From a bacterium (GTDB lineage Bacteria; Auribacterota; Erginobacteria; Erginobacterales; DAOSXE01), in contig DAOSXE010000015.1 in the NCBI GenBank assembly GCA_035380285.1, positions 1,927 to 65,926 on the forward strand: DNA of 64,000 nt. The letters are read 5' to 3'. Each line of letters begins with the position of its first letter. The stretch's first letter is position 1. The position numbers were made by a program, and so were the translations under genes. Below are positions 18,544 to 26,345 of this stretch, in pieces. The notes beneath the pieces are model-generated. The model was not told the origin of the DNA. It ran no database searches and saw only the letters and a list, made by a program, of their open reading frames with translations.

Positions 18544-19113
18544 TTAGTGCTTAACGTCAATGACTTTGCCATCTACAAGAAAGGTTCCGCTCGTCAAGTG
18601 GTACACCTGCGGTATTGCACTTCTCAGTTTTATCTTATCCTCTGAGAACAATTCTTTATCGATATCTGCTGCAACGACCAATCCAACAACAACGTGGTGG
18701 TTTCCTGCCTCCTTGTGCCATTGCAGCTTACATTCCAGATTGACTGCACATTCTGCTATCCGCGCGGGCTTCACCTTGTTCCTCGCATATGGTGTCAATC
18801 CCGTTTCCTCAAACTCATCCACGGCCGGCGGATACTCGTTAGCAGCCTGGTAAAGTTGAGTCAGAATCTTGCTCGTAGGAATTCCTACCACAAACTCGCC
18901 GGTCTTTGAGATATTCTTGAAGGTGTCAGACTTTGGCGAGATACCAAGCGCAACCATCGGGGGGCACGTCGAACACGGCGTGAACATAGCGTAGGGTGCC
19001 AAGTTCTTAACCCCCGCTGTGTCGACCGTTGACACGAGTACAACAGGGGACGGCTGAACCAAGTAGACAACTTTTGCAACTTTGTCTAAGACCTCGATCT
19101 TCTGATACTTCAT
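18544..19113 (-). CDS. flavin reductase-like (FMN-binding split-barrel) protein
   Basis: VVLVSTVD...NLAPYAMFTPCS..PPMVALGI...DTFKNISKTGEFVVGIP pattern typical of flavin reductase family. Confidence 0.7.
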   Translation of the reverse strand: MKYQKIEVLDKVAKVVYLVQPSPVVLVSTVDTAGVKNLAPYAMFTPCSTCPPMVALGISPKSDTFKNISKTGEFVVGIPTSKILTQLYQAANEYPPAVDEFEETGLTPYARNKVKPARIAECAVNLECKLQWHKEAGNHHVVVGLVVAADIDKELFSEDKIKLRSAIPQVYHLTSGTFLVDGKVIDVKH

Positions 19114-21059
19114 CTTGTATCTCCTCTCATCTGATCTACCATTTCAACCAAATCCGCAAAAACAAGGTCTGGCCGGGAATCATGCGTGCGTCGAGCCACA
19201 TCTTCAGCAGTACTTATCCCTCCAAGAACAAGGCAAGCCAACGCTCCAGCCTTTCTGGCTGCTGCTATGTCAGTATCGAGCGAATCCCCAATTACGGCTA
19301 CCTCTTGCGGTTTCATACCCATAAGATGAAGTAGAAGGCGAAGCGAGAAGTCATTTGGTTTCCCCACGACAAAGGGCGATTTGCCAGTTACTGTTTCAAT
19401 TGCAGCCACAATCCAGCCAGTTCCGGGCTTGTCCATACCCGGAGCAGCGAACACACGATCCCGGTCCGTGCATACGAACTCCGCACCCTTCAAAATTGCT
19501 CGCTGGGCTGCCACTAGGTCGGCATATATGAAATCCTTTGAATAGCCAACGACAACTGCGTCAATGTAACCAGTGTGATCATTGGCGGCGATATCCATGC
19601 CACCGCAGGCGAGCAACTCAGGTAGTGCTGGTGCTCCACCCAGCACCAAGCAACACCTGTATCCCTTAGTGCGGCAATACTCGGCAGCGGCAATAGTGGA
19701 CGTCATGATATGCCGCGGGTCCGCTATCACGGCCATCTGGCCGAGTTTGTCTGCTAACTCCTGCTGCCTTCTTACGCTCGTGTTTGTCAAGAAGCCAACT
19801 GTAACGCCAGATTGTCGCAAAATGCGAATGGCCGCGAGGCTGGCTTCTATCGGCTTGTCTCCTTTATAGAGAACACCGTCGAGATCCAGCACAACTCCCC
19901 GTTTTGAAGCCAGATCCCGCAGCTTATCCGTGGACTTTACTGGCACCCTCGGATGGCGTGGCTCGCGTGGGCGTGAACATTGGATCGTATAGAGCGACCT
20001 CACGGCGGTATTCCAGGATAGCTTGTACTCTTCATGGCCGCGCATGAAATCAACTTCCTGTAGCCCGTTATCGCAAGCCCATCGAATCGCTTCACCCAAT
20101 AGCACTAGCCCCGGAGAACAATCGTCTAACGCCAAATCAAAGGATGTGTTCCAGTCATAGTATCTGCCACCACGGATGAAGCCCATCCGATAAGCAACTA
20201 TGTTGCCGTTCAGAAGCAGATGAAAAAGACAGAAATTCCCGGTTCCGGCGAAATCTTTCGCAACGTCATGAATGAAGCCTCTGCGCCTTGTGTCGGCAAA
20301 TGCTTGGACTCCGTGAATACTGTCCCAACGAGTATCATGGAGATCAAATAGACGTTCGAGGGTTTCATGGTCGTAATCCCGGACAACTTGGAGTTCTACC
20401 TTGCCGCGGCGGCGCAGAGCCCGCATCTTGCGGTTCAGCATTCGCCGCCGGTTTCTTGTCCGTGACTTAAGATACTTATCCCAAGAACAACCAAGTTCTA
20501 TATACGGCGCATCCTCTGCCCTGACAATAACCGGTGATAGACCGCAATCTTGAAGTGCACGTGTTACAATGTGCAAGGTGACGTCATCTTGCCGTATGTT
20601 TTGTAGCCTTATTTCATCCCATTCCAAATGGTCGCACATCGCGGCTGCGATGCGGTCGATAGGATCACATGCAAAGGCCGAGAAGACTCCGCCTAGGTAG
20701 TCACTACAACAATCAGAAAGAAGCGTAAGGATCGTATGGGATCCTACGCGTTTGCGCATCAGAGGCAGAATGGCAAGAACGTCATCTCCCAGCGCGGCCC
20801 AGAAGATGGACAATTCCCTGTCAGAACCGAAGTGGCCCCACCAGTACGAAAGCCAACGTGGATCAACCGAGACTGGAAGGTTAGGCTGTTTTTCAAGGAT
20901 CTTAACCCAGTGAGGGTAGATTGCGGACCACTCCTCATTGCTCCTCACAACACCGACCTGGGCCCTACGATAGTCGCGTTCCGTCGACATGTAGTTACGC
21001 AGGGAATATTGCCAACTTGTCTGTGATGCATCCAGCCAGCTATCGCTGCACATCATCAC
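19110..21059 (-). CDS. fusion protein: large N-terminal FemAB/CelD-like acyltransferase-type domain (tentative) plus C-terminal HAD-IIA phosphatase domain
   Basis: C-terminal HAD motifs in order (VVLDLDGVLY, FLTNTS, GKP, IGDSLDTDI) are clear; N-terminal ~370 aa Trp-rich domain assigned by resemblance only. Confidence 0.65.
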   Translation of the reverse strand: MMMCSDSWLDASQTSWQYSLRNYMSTERDYRRAQVGVVRSNEEWSAIYPHWVKILEKQPNLPVSVDPRWLSYWWGHFGSDRELSIFWAALGDDVLAILPLMRKRVGSHTILTLLSDCCSDYLGGVFSAFACDPIDRIAAAMCDHLEWDEIRLQNIRQDDVTLHIVTRALQDCGLSPVIVRAEDAPYIELGCSWDKYLKSRTRNRRRMLNRKMRALRRRGKVELQVVRDYDHETLERLFDLHDTRWDSIHGVQAFADTRRRGFIHDVAKDFAGTGNFCLFHLLLNGNIVAYRMGFIRGGRYYDWNTSFDLALDDCSPGLVLLGEAIRWACDNGLQEVDFMRGHEEYKLSWNTAVRSLYTIQCSRPREPRHPRVPVKSTDKLRDLASKRGVVLDLDGVLYKGDKPIEASLAAIRILRQSGVTVGFLTNTSVRRQQELADKLGQMAVIADPRHIMTSTIAAAEYCRTKGYRCCLVLGGAPALPELLACGGMDIAANDHTGYIDAVVVGYSKDFIYADLVAAQRAILKGAEFVCTDRDRVFAAPGMDKPGTGWIVAAIETVTGKSPFVVGKPNDFSLRLLLHLMGMKPQEVAVIGDSLDTDIAAARKAGALACLVLGGISTAEDVARRTHDSRPDLVFADLVEMVDQMRGDTR

Positions 21060-21572
21060 TCCTGTTACTTGCTTTTTTCTTCCCGGGCGGCGAGATTCTC
21101 CTCAATCATGCGTGACACAATCCAAGAGAGCGAACGCTCCTCTTTCTCCGTCAACTCTTCCAAGATTTCTTAGACTTGCGGGGTAACTCGGACGCTCAGG
21201 AGTTTTATTTTCAGTTCAACCTTGTGCCTTTTCGTAGGGTGTACGACGTCATGCATTTGCATGCTGATTTTAATAATATATGATGTGTATGCTGTGTGAT
21301 GATAGTAGAAAGAAGAAGGATCCGATAAACTGCTTTCTGTATGCCCATTAGTCGATTGATTAGTCCACCCGTCAGATGCTATAAATTGAGGCGCAGGTCA
21401 CGGGACTTTTGGAGTATGCCCAGAAGGAACGTCTGCATCGTGGAGAAGTTTACGGAATTCATGACAGCATGGAAACCGGGCTGACCGGTTTTCAATGCAA
21501 TGATGGATCGGGGAGTCAAATGCGCTGCTCGCGTGGCTCCCTGACCGCTTCGGGCGTAACCCACTCGGCGGG

Positions 21573-21677
21573 GGCCGCGGCGATTTTTCCATGCATTTCG
21601 AACACTACGCCGCCGTGCCCTTCTCCCTGGCGGAGGAGATCGTGGAACGACGGCGCCGGGAAGAGAAAATTCCCTGA
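21573..21677 (+). pseudogene. duplicated 3-prime fragment of fusA (last 34 codons plus stop) created by the repeat; not an independent gene
   Basis: Sequence identical to fusA 10915-11019 but lacks the upstream ~2 kb of the gene. Confidence 0.7.
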
Positions 21678-21704
21678 AGCGGCGGCCGCGAGGGGGCCCG
21701 GCGG

Positions 21705-21736
21705 AAAAAAACCGGCTCCCCGGGGGAGGGAACCGG
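21705..21736 (-). terminator. intrinsic terminator directly downstream of tRNA-Ala
   Basis: On minus strand: ccgguucc / ggagccgg stem (8 bp, one G-U) with 9-nt loop followed by U7, beginning 4 nt after the tRNA 3-prime end. Confidence 0.5.
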
Positions 21737-21739
21737 TCG

Positions 21740-21812
21740 TGGAGCTGAGGGGATTCGAACCCCTGACCCCATGGCTGCCAGCCATGTGCTCTCCCAGCTG
21801 AGCTACAGCCCC
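21740..21812 (-). tRNA. tRNA-Ala (anticodon GGC)
   Basis: Reverse complement folds as cloverleaf: acceptor GGGGCTG/CAGCTCC with G3-U70 alanine identity pair, D-arm GCTC/GAGC, anticodon loop CTGGCAG, T-arm AGGGG-TTCGAAT-CCCCT; CCA not encoded. Confidence 0.9.
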
Positions 21813-21826
21813 GATCAATCGGGTCA

Positions 21827-21854
21827 ACTATAGCCGCGGAGCCGATCTAGTCAA
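21827..21854 (-). promoter_or_regulatory. candidate promoter for tRNA-Ala (TTGACT-16 nt-TATAGT on minus strand)
   Basis: Near-consensus hexamers read on minus strand, -10 ending ~15 nt upstream of tRNA 5-prime end, A/T-rich upstream tract. Confidence 0.4.
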
Positions 21855-21901
21855 ATAAAAACTGCAGCGCCGTTCCCGACGCTGCCCGGGGCCGCGGGTT
21901 G

Positions 21902-21910
21902 TGGTATACT
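21902..21910 (+). promoter_or_regulatory. candidate extended -10 element (TGgTATACT) upstream of the Memo-AMMECR1 gene
   Basis: TGn-TATACT read directly ~17 nt before the ATG at 21927; no clear -35. Confidence 0.25.
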
Positions 21911-21926
21911 CAAAAGGCGGGAACCC

Positions 21927-23465
21927 ATGAACCGGATACTGCCGATAATCTGCTTGAGCGCGGCGATAGCGGGCGGGGGCTGCTCCGCCGAGGATAAGCC
22001 GGCGGCGGGGGCGGGCGAACGGAAGCCGGTCCTGGCGGGCTCCTACTATCCCGCCGACCCCGGCGAACTCAAACGGGAAGTGGATGCCCTGCTTGCCGCC
22101 GCCCCCGAAGTTTCCGTTCCCGGGAGGCTGCTGGCCGTGGTCGCTCCTCACGCCGGTTACGTTTATTCGGGACCCACCGCCGCCGCCGCCTTCAAGGCCG
22201 TGCGGGGGAGGAAGATCGCCACGGTCGTACTCGTCGGCTGCGCCCACCGGGTCGGCTTCCCCGGCGTCTCCGTCCCCGATTTCTCCTCTTACCGGACCCC
22301 CCTGGGGGCGGTGCCGGTCGATTCGGTTCTGGCGGAGCGGATCCGGGCGGCCGCCCCGGAGATTGTCAGCATTCCCGGGGTCCACCGCAGCGAACCCACC
22401 CTGGAGGCGGAGATCCCCTTCATCCAGACGGTGCTCCCCGACGCCCGGATCGTGCCGGTTTTGATCGGGGATGCGCCGCCGGCGGCCTTGGCCGCGCTGG
22501 GAACGGTCCTGGGCGACATTCTCAGGGACGATCCGGAAACGATCGCGGTCTGCAGCACCGATCTCAGCCACTACCCCGGCGTCGAAGACGCGGCCCGGGT
22601 CGACCGGCAGACGCTTGAAGCCGTGGCGGCGCTCGATCCTTCCCGTCTCGACCTGGTCCGGGAGCGCTTCGAAGGCGGGAACGTTCCCAACCTGGTCTGC
22701 GTCATGTGCGGATTCCGGGGGGTCAAGGCCGTCGTTGCCGCGGCCCTCCGGGCCGGGGCCGACGGAGCCGCCGTCATCGCCTACGCCAATTCGGCCGATT
22801 CCCCGGCGGGGAACCCCGACTCCGTGGTCGGTTACGGCGCGGTGGCGATTTACGATTCCGAACGAGACCGAGCGGACAATCAGGAGGAGCAGCCCATGAA
22901 CACCGCCACCGACGCAAATCTCTCGCCGAAGGCCCGGGCGGAACTGCTGAAGACGGCCCGCGAAGCCCTGACCGCGGTCGTCAACGGCAGGCCGCTTCCC
23001 GATTCCCCCATCGACGACCCCGAACTCCAGGGGCACCGGGGCGCGTTCGTCACCCTCAACGAAAACGGGGCCCTGCGCGGGTGCATCGGCCAGTTCACCG
23101 CCGACGAGCCCCTCTACCGGGTGGTGCGCACCATGGCCCGCGAAGCCGCCCTCCACGATCCCCGTTTCGTCCCGGTCTCCCCCGCCGAAGCGGACCGGAT
23201 CGACATCGAAATCTCGGTTCTCTCCCCCATGCGGCGGATCTCCGATCCCCTCCGGGAGGTGGTGCCGGGCAAACACGGCATCTACATCCGGCGGGGGGCG
23301 CGGGGGGGCACCTACCTGCCCCAGGTCGCCACCGAACACCACATGGGACTGGAGGAGTTCCTCTCCTCCTGCTGCGCCCACAAAGCCGGCCTGGCTCCCG
23401 ACGCCTGGAAAGACCCGGAGACGGAGGTCTACGTCTACACCGCCGAGGTCTTCGGCGAGGAGTGA
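21927..23465 (+). CDS. Memo-like / AMMECR1 fusion lipoprotein (AmmeMemoRadiSam-type domains)
   Basis: Lipoprotein-like signal (ICLSAAIAGGGCS); N-terminal AGSYYP and APHAGYVYSG; C-terminal GAFVTLNENGALRGCIG and DPRF. Confidence 0.8.
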   Translation: MNRILPIICLSAAIAGGGCSAEDKPAAGAGERKPVLAGSYYPADPGELKREVDALLAAAPEVSVPGRLLAVVAPHAGYVYSGPTAAAAFKAVRGRKIATVVLVGCAHRVGFPGVSVPDFSSYRTPLGAVPVDSVLAERIRAAAPEIVSIPGVHRSEPTLEAEIPFIQTVLPDARIVPVLIGDAPPAALAALGTVLGDILRDDPETIAVCSTDLSHYPGVEDAARVDRQTLEAVAALDPSRLDLVRERFEGGNVPNLVCVMCGFRGVKAVVAAALRAGADGAAVIAYANSADSPAGNPDSVVGYGAVAIYDSERDRADNQEEQPMNTATDANLSPKARAELLKTAREALTAVVNGRPLPDSPIDDPELQGHRGAFVTLNENGALRGCIGQFTADEPLYRVVRTMAREAALHDPRFVPVSPAEADRIDIEISVLSPMRRISDPLREVVPGKHGIYIRRGARGGTYLPQVATEHHMGLEEFLSSCCAHKAGLAPDAWKDPETEVYVYTAEVFGEE

Positions 23466-23523
23466 ACCCCGGCGGGGCGGCTCCTCCCGGTTCCGGTTTC
23501 ATCTGGATTCCGGGCGGCGAATA

Positions 23524-26214
23524 ATGCGAGAATCCTTTCGTCCGAAACGGATCCCGATGAACCCGCGTAAATCATTCACAATTTCGGCCCTGATAATCGC
23601 GGCCGCGGCCGTCGCCGCCGCCGTGGTCTTTCCCACCGAAACCGCCCGTTTCGACATCCCCGTGGCTTTCACCTTCAGCGGGGAAGACCTGCTGGTCGTC
23701 GAGAAAAACGACAACACCATCCTGCGGCTGCGCGGGTTTTCCCCCGGTGCCCCGATGCACCTGGAGGAGGAGCGGGCCATCGAACCCGACGACGACCGTT
23801 TCTACTACATGGTCAGGGACCTGTATCCGGCCCCCGGGGGGGTCATGGTCCACAGCTACATCTACGACCGTCGGACCACCGACTTTCTGGGCTACCGCTT
23901 CAACCTCTACCGGGATATCGCCCGGGCGCCCGAAACCGTCTTCACCATTTTCCTCAAGGAACCCGACGAATCCCCGGAGCTGCGCTACGCCGCCGGGCCC
24001 GGGGGGCGGCATTATTTCGCCAACAACTGCCGGGGACAACGTTGCGTCTGGCGGCTGCCGGAGGATGCCCGGGGAGTGGTCATGACAAACGGCGTTCCCC
24101 CCGCGGAGATCCAGGAGTTGGGCGACCGCAACGGCGAGTTCGGGTACTGGATGAGCCTCTTCGTCGACCCGGAGGGGACGACATACCTCTCGTCCGGCGA
24201 AGACGACCAGATCGTCCGGTTCGACTCCGAGGGCAAGCGGCTGAGGGCGTGGGGACGACCGGGACGGGAGCGGGGGGAACTTCTGGCCCCGGTGGACGTT
24301 TTCCTGCTGGCGGAGGCTCCGGGAGGGGAACCCCGGTTGACCGTGGCCGGAACCGGCAACCGCGACTGGGTCTGTTTCGACCGTGAGGGGGAACCCGTCC
24401 GGGTCATAGAACCCCTGGAAAAAGGGTATCCTTACATCGATATCCTGGTGGGAAGGATCTTCGATATCGCGGGGAGGAACCTCAGCTACGACCTGGCCAA
24501 CAAGTGCCTGGTCGTCGCGGGTCCGACCTTCGAAGCCGTCGAGGTCTTCCGCAGGCCCGCCCGGCTCCGGACGGTCCTGCTCTGGCTGGGGGCGGGGCTG
24601 CTGGTCCTGCTGATCGCCGCCCGGGACCGCCTGGCCGCCCTCTGGAGACGGAGGAGGATTCCGGTTTTTTTCAAGATCATGCTTATTTTCGCGCCGCTGG
24701 TGGTGGGGGGGTTCCTCATCAGTTCCCGGGCCCGCAAGATCAGCTACCAGGCCTACCTGGAGGAGTCGAGGCTTCGTTCCGCCAACCTGGCCCGGGCGAT
24801 CCTCAACAGCGTCCCCGTCGAGGAACTGGAGAACATCAACCGGCCCGAAGACCGGGGAAGCGAAACCTACGAGAAGATATTCGCCGCCGCCGACCGCCTG
24901 ATCGACCGCAAAAACGTCCCCCAGACTCCGAAGTGGATCATCCATAAGATCGCGGGGGGACGCTATTACTTCGGGATCAACAGCTGGAGAGGCCCCATCT
25001 TCGAGCCTTTCATCGTCCCCGCCCAGCGCAGGATGTTTCTGGACGCGCTGGTGAAGAAGGAGCCGGCCTGGGGGCGGTTCGTCGACGACCAGGGGGAGTG
25101 GGTGAGTTACCTCCTCCCCGTTCTCGATCGGCACGGCGAAGTCATCAACGTCATCGAAATCTACCGGTCCACGGAGGAGATGGCCCGGATAGAACAGGAG
25201 ACCTTGAGCAGGGTCAAGGAAAACGCGGTTCTGATCGTGATCTCCTTCACCCTGCTGGCCCTGGTCTTCTCCTGGCTGTTCGTGCGGCGCCTGAAGCGAC
25301 TGACCGTGGAAACCCGCGAAATCAGCCGGGGCGATTTCAGCCGGCGCGTCGATTCCCGGGCCCGGGACGAGGTCGGCGACCTGGGCCGCGCCTTCAACCA
25401 CATGGCCGAGGACCTGAAGAACTACACCCGGGAACTGGAGAAAACCACCGCGGAGAAGGAAAAGATCCAGAGCGAACTGCGCCTGGCCCACCAGATTCAA
25501 CAGGACATCCTTCCCCACGTTTTTCCCCCGGAGGTGGCTTCACAAAAAGTCGAACTCTTCGGCAGAATGGTGCCGGCCCGGGAGGTGGGAGGCGATTTTT
25601 ACGACTACATCATGATCGACGATCATCACATCGGAGTGGCCATCGCCGACGTTTCCGGGAAAGGGGTTCCCGCCAGCCTCTTCATGATGGTCACCCGGAC
25701 CCTGCTCTTCAGCAACGCCTCCTTCAACCGGGAAGCGGCCGAAACCATCGCCAAGGTCAACCGGCTCCTCTGCCTCAACAACACCTCCTGCACGTTCGTC
25801 ACCCTGTTTTATTTCGTCTGCGACCTGAGGACGGGCCGTTTGGAATACTGCAACGCCGGCCACAACCCGCCGGTGGTGCGCAAGGGCGGGGCCGTCCGCC
25901 TCCTGCGCGAGCCCGGAGAAACGGGGCAGCCGGCCCTGGGGATACTGGAGGATGCGGACTACCGCCAGGGGCGTATGACCCTCGATCCGGGAGACGTTCT
26001 CCTCCTCTACACCGACGGGGTCACCGAGTGGCACAACCGCGACAACGAGCTCTTCGGAGAAGAACGGCTGCTGCGGGCGGTGGCCGAAGCGGGCGACCTC
26101 CCCGCCCGCGACCTGGCCGCGACGGTTTTCGCCAAGCTGGAGGCCTTCGGGGGGGAAGTCGAGCAGTTCGACGACACCACGATGCTGGTTTTCAGATACC
26201 TGGGACATCCCTGA
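23524..26214 (+). CDS. membrane sensor PP2C-type (SpoIIE/RsbU-like) serine phosphatase with periplasmic domain and HAMP linker
   Basis: N-terminal hydrophobic segment, large extracytoplasmic region, second TM, HAMP-like segment (GDLGRAFNHMAEDL), then VGGDFYDY ... DVSGKG ... YTDGVTE. Confidence 0.8.
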   Translation: MRESFRPKRIPMNPRKSFTISALIIAAAAVAAAVVFPTETARFDIPVAFTFSGEDLLVVEKNDNTILRLRGFSPGAPMHLEEERAIEPDDDRFYYMVRDLYPAPGGVMVHSYIYDRRTTDFLGYRFNLYRDIARAPETVFTIFLKEPDESPELRYAAGPGGRHYFANNCRGQRCVWRLPEDARGVVMTNGVPPAEIQELGDRNGEFGYWMSLFVDPEGTTYLSSGEDDQIVRFDSEGKRLRAWGRPGRERGELLAPVDVFLLAEAPGGEPRLTVAGTGNRDWVCFDREGEPVRVIEPLEKGYPYIDILVGRIFDIAGRNLSYDLANKCLVVAGPTFEAVEVFRRPARLRTVLLWLGAGLLVLLIAARDRLAALWRRRRIPVFFKIMLIFAPLVVGGFLISSRARKISYQAYLEESRLRSANLARAILNSVPVEELENINRPEDRGSETYEKIFAAADRLIDRKNVPQTPKWIIHKIAGGRYYFGINSWRGPIFEPFIVPAQRRMFLDALVKKEPAWGRFVDDQGEWVSYLLPVLDRHGEVINVIEIYRSTEEMARIEQETLSRVKENAVLIVISFTLLALVFSWLFVRRLKRLTVETREISRGDFSRRVDSRARDEVGDLGRAFNHMAEDLKNYTRELEKTTAEKEKIQSELRLAHQIQQDILPHVFPPEVASQKVELFGRMVPAREVGGDFYDYIMIDDHHIGVAIADVSGKGVPASLFMMVTRTLLFSNASFNREAAETIAKVNRLLCLNNTSCTFVTLFYFVCDLRTGRLEYCNAGHNPPVVRKGGAVRLLREPGETGQPALGILEDADYRQGRMTLDPGDVLLLYTDGVTEWHNRDNELFGEERLLRAVAEAGDLPARDLAATVFAKLEAFGGEVEQFDDTTMLVFRYLGHP

Positions 26215-26345
26215 TGGCGGGAGAAACGCGGCCGGAGTACACTAAAGGCGGGGAGCGGGGCGCCGGGAGCCGGGAATGAAGCGGACCGAACGCCGATCGA
26301 ACACGCCGGGGACCCAACCCGGCGACGAAGAGAAACGAGGCTAGC

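Larger units (their letters stand above)
11089..21572. mobile_element. genomic island (10,484 bp, low G+C) flanked by 174-bp direct repeats, inserted between fusA and tRNA-Ala; no integrase detected
   Basis: Abrupt drop in G+C relative to flanks; bounded by perfect direct repeats, the right one contiguous with the tRNA-Ala 3-prime end; nine co-directional cargo genes. Confidence 0.8.
21573..21746. repeat. 174-bp direct repeat, right copy (putative att site), contiguous with tRNA-Ala 3-prime end
   Basis: Identical to 10915-11088; last 7 nt are the 3-prime end of the tRNA. Confidence 0.9.

Noticed and set aside
11089-21572. Prophage or integrative conjugative element
   Set aside because: No capsid, terminase, portal, tail, relaxase or type IV secretion genes and no integrase; the content is nine cargo-type genes only.
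21409-21827. ORFs on both strands covering the right repeat and the tRNA-Ala gene
   Set aside because: They run through a tRNA and a duplicated fusA fragment; the coding appearance comes from the captured fusA 3-prime end, not an independent gene.
21828-23381. 517-aa minus-strand ORF opposite the Memo-AMMECR1 gene
   Set aside because: Low-complexity Gly/Arg-rich shadow frame; the plus-strand product has clear Memo and AMMECR1 motifs.
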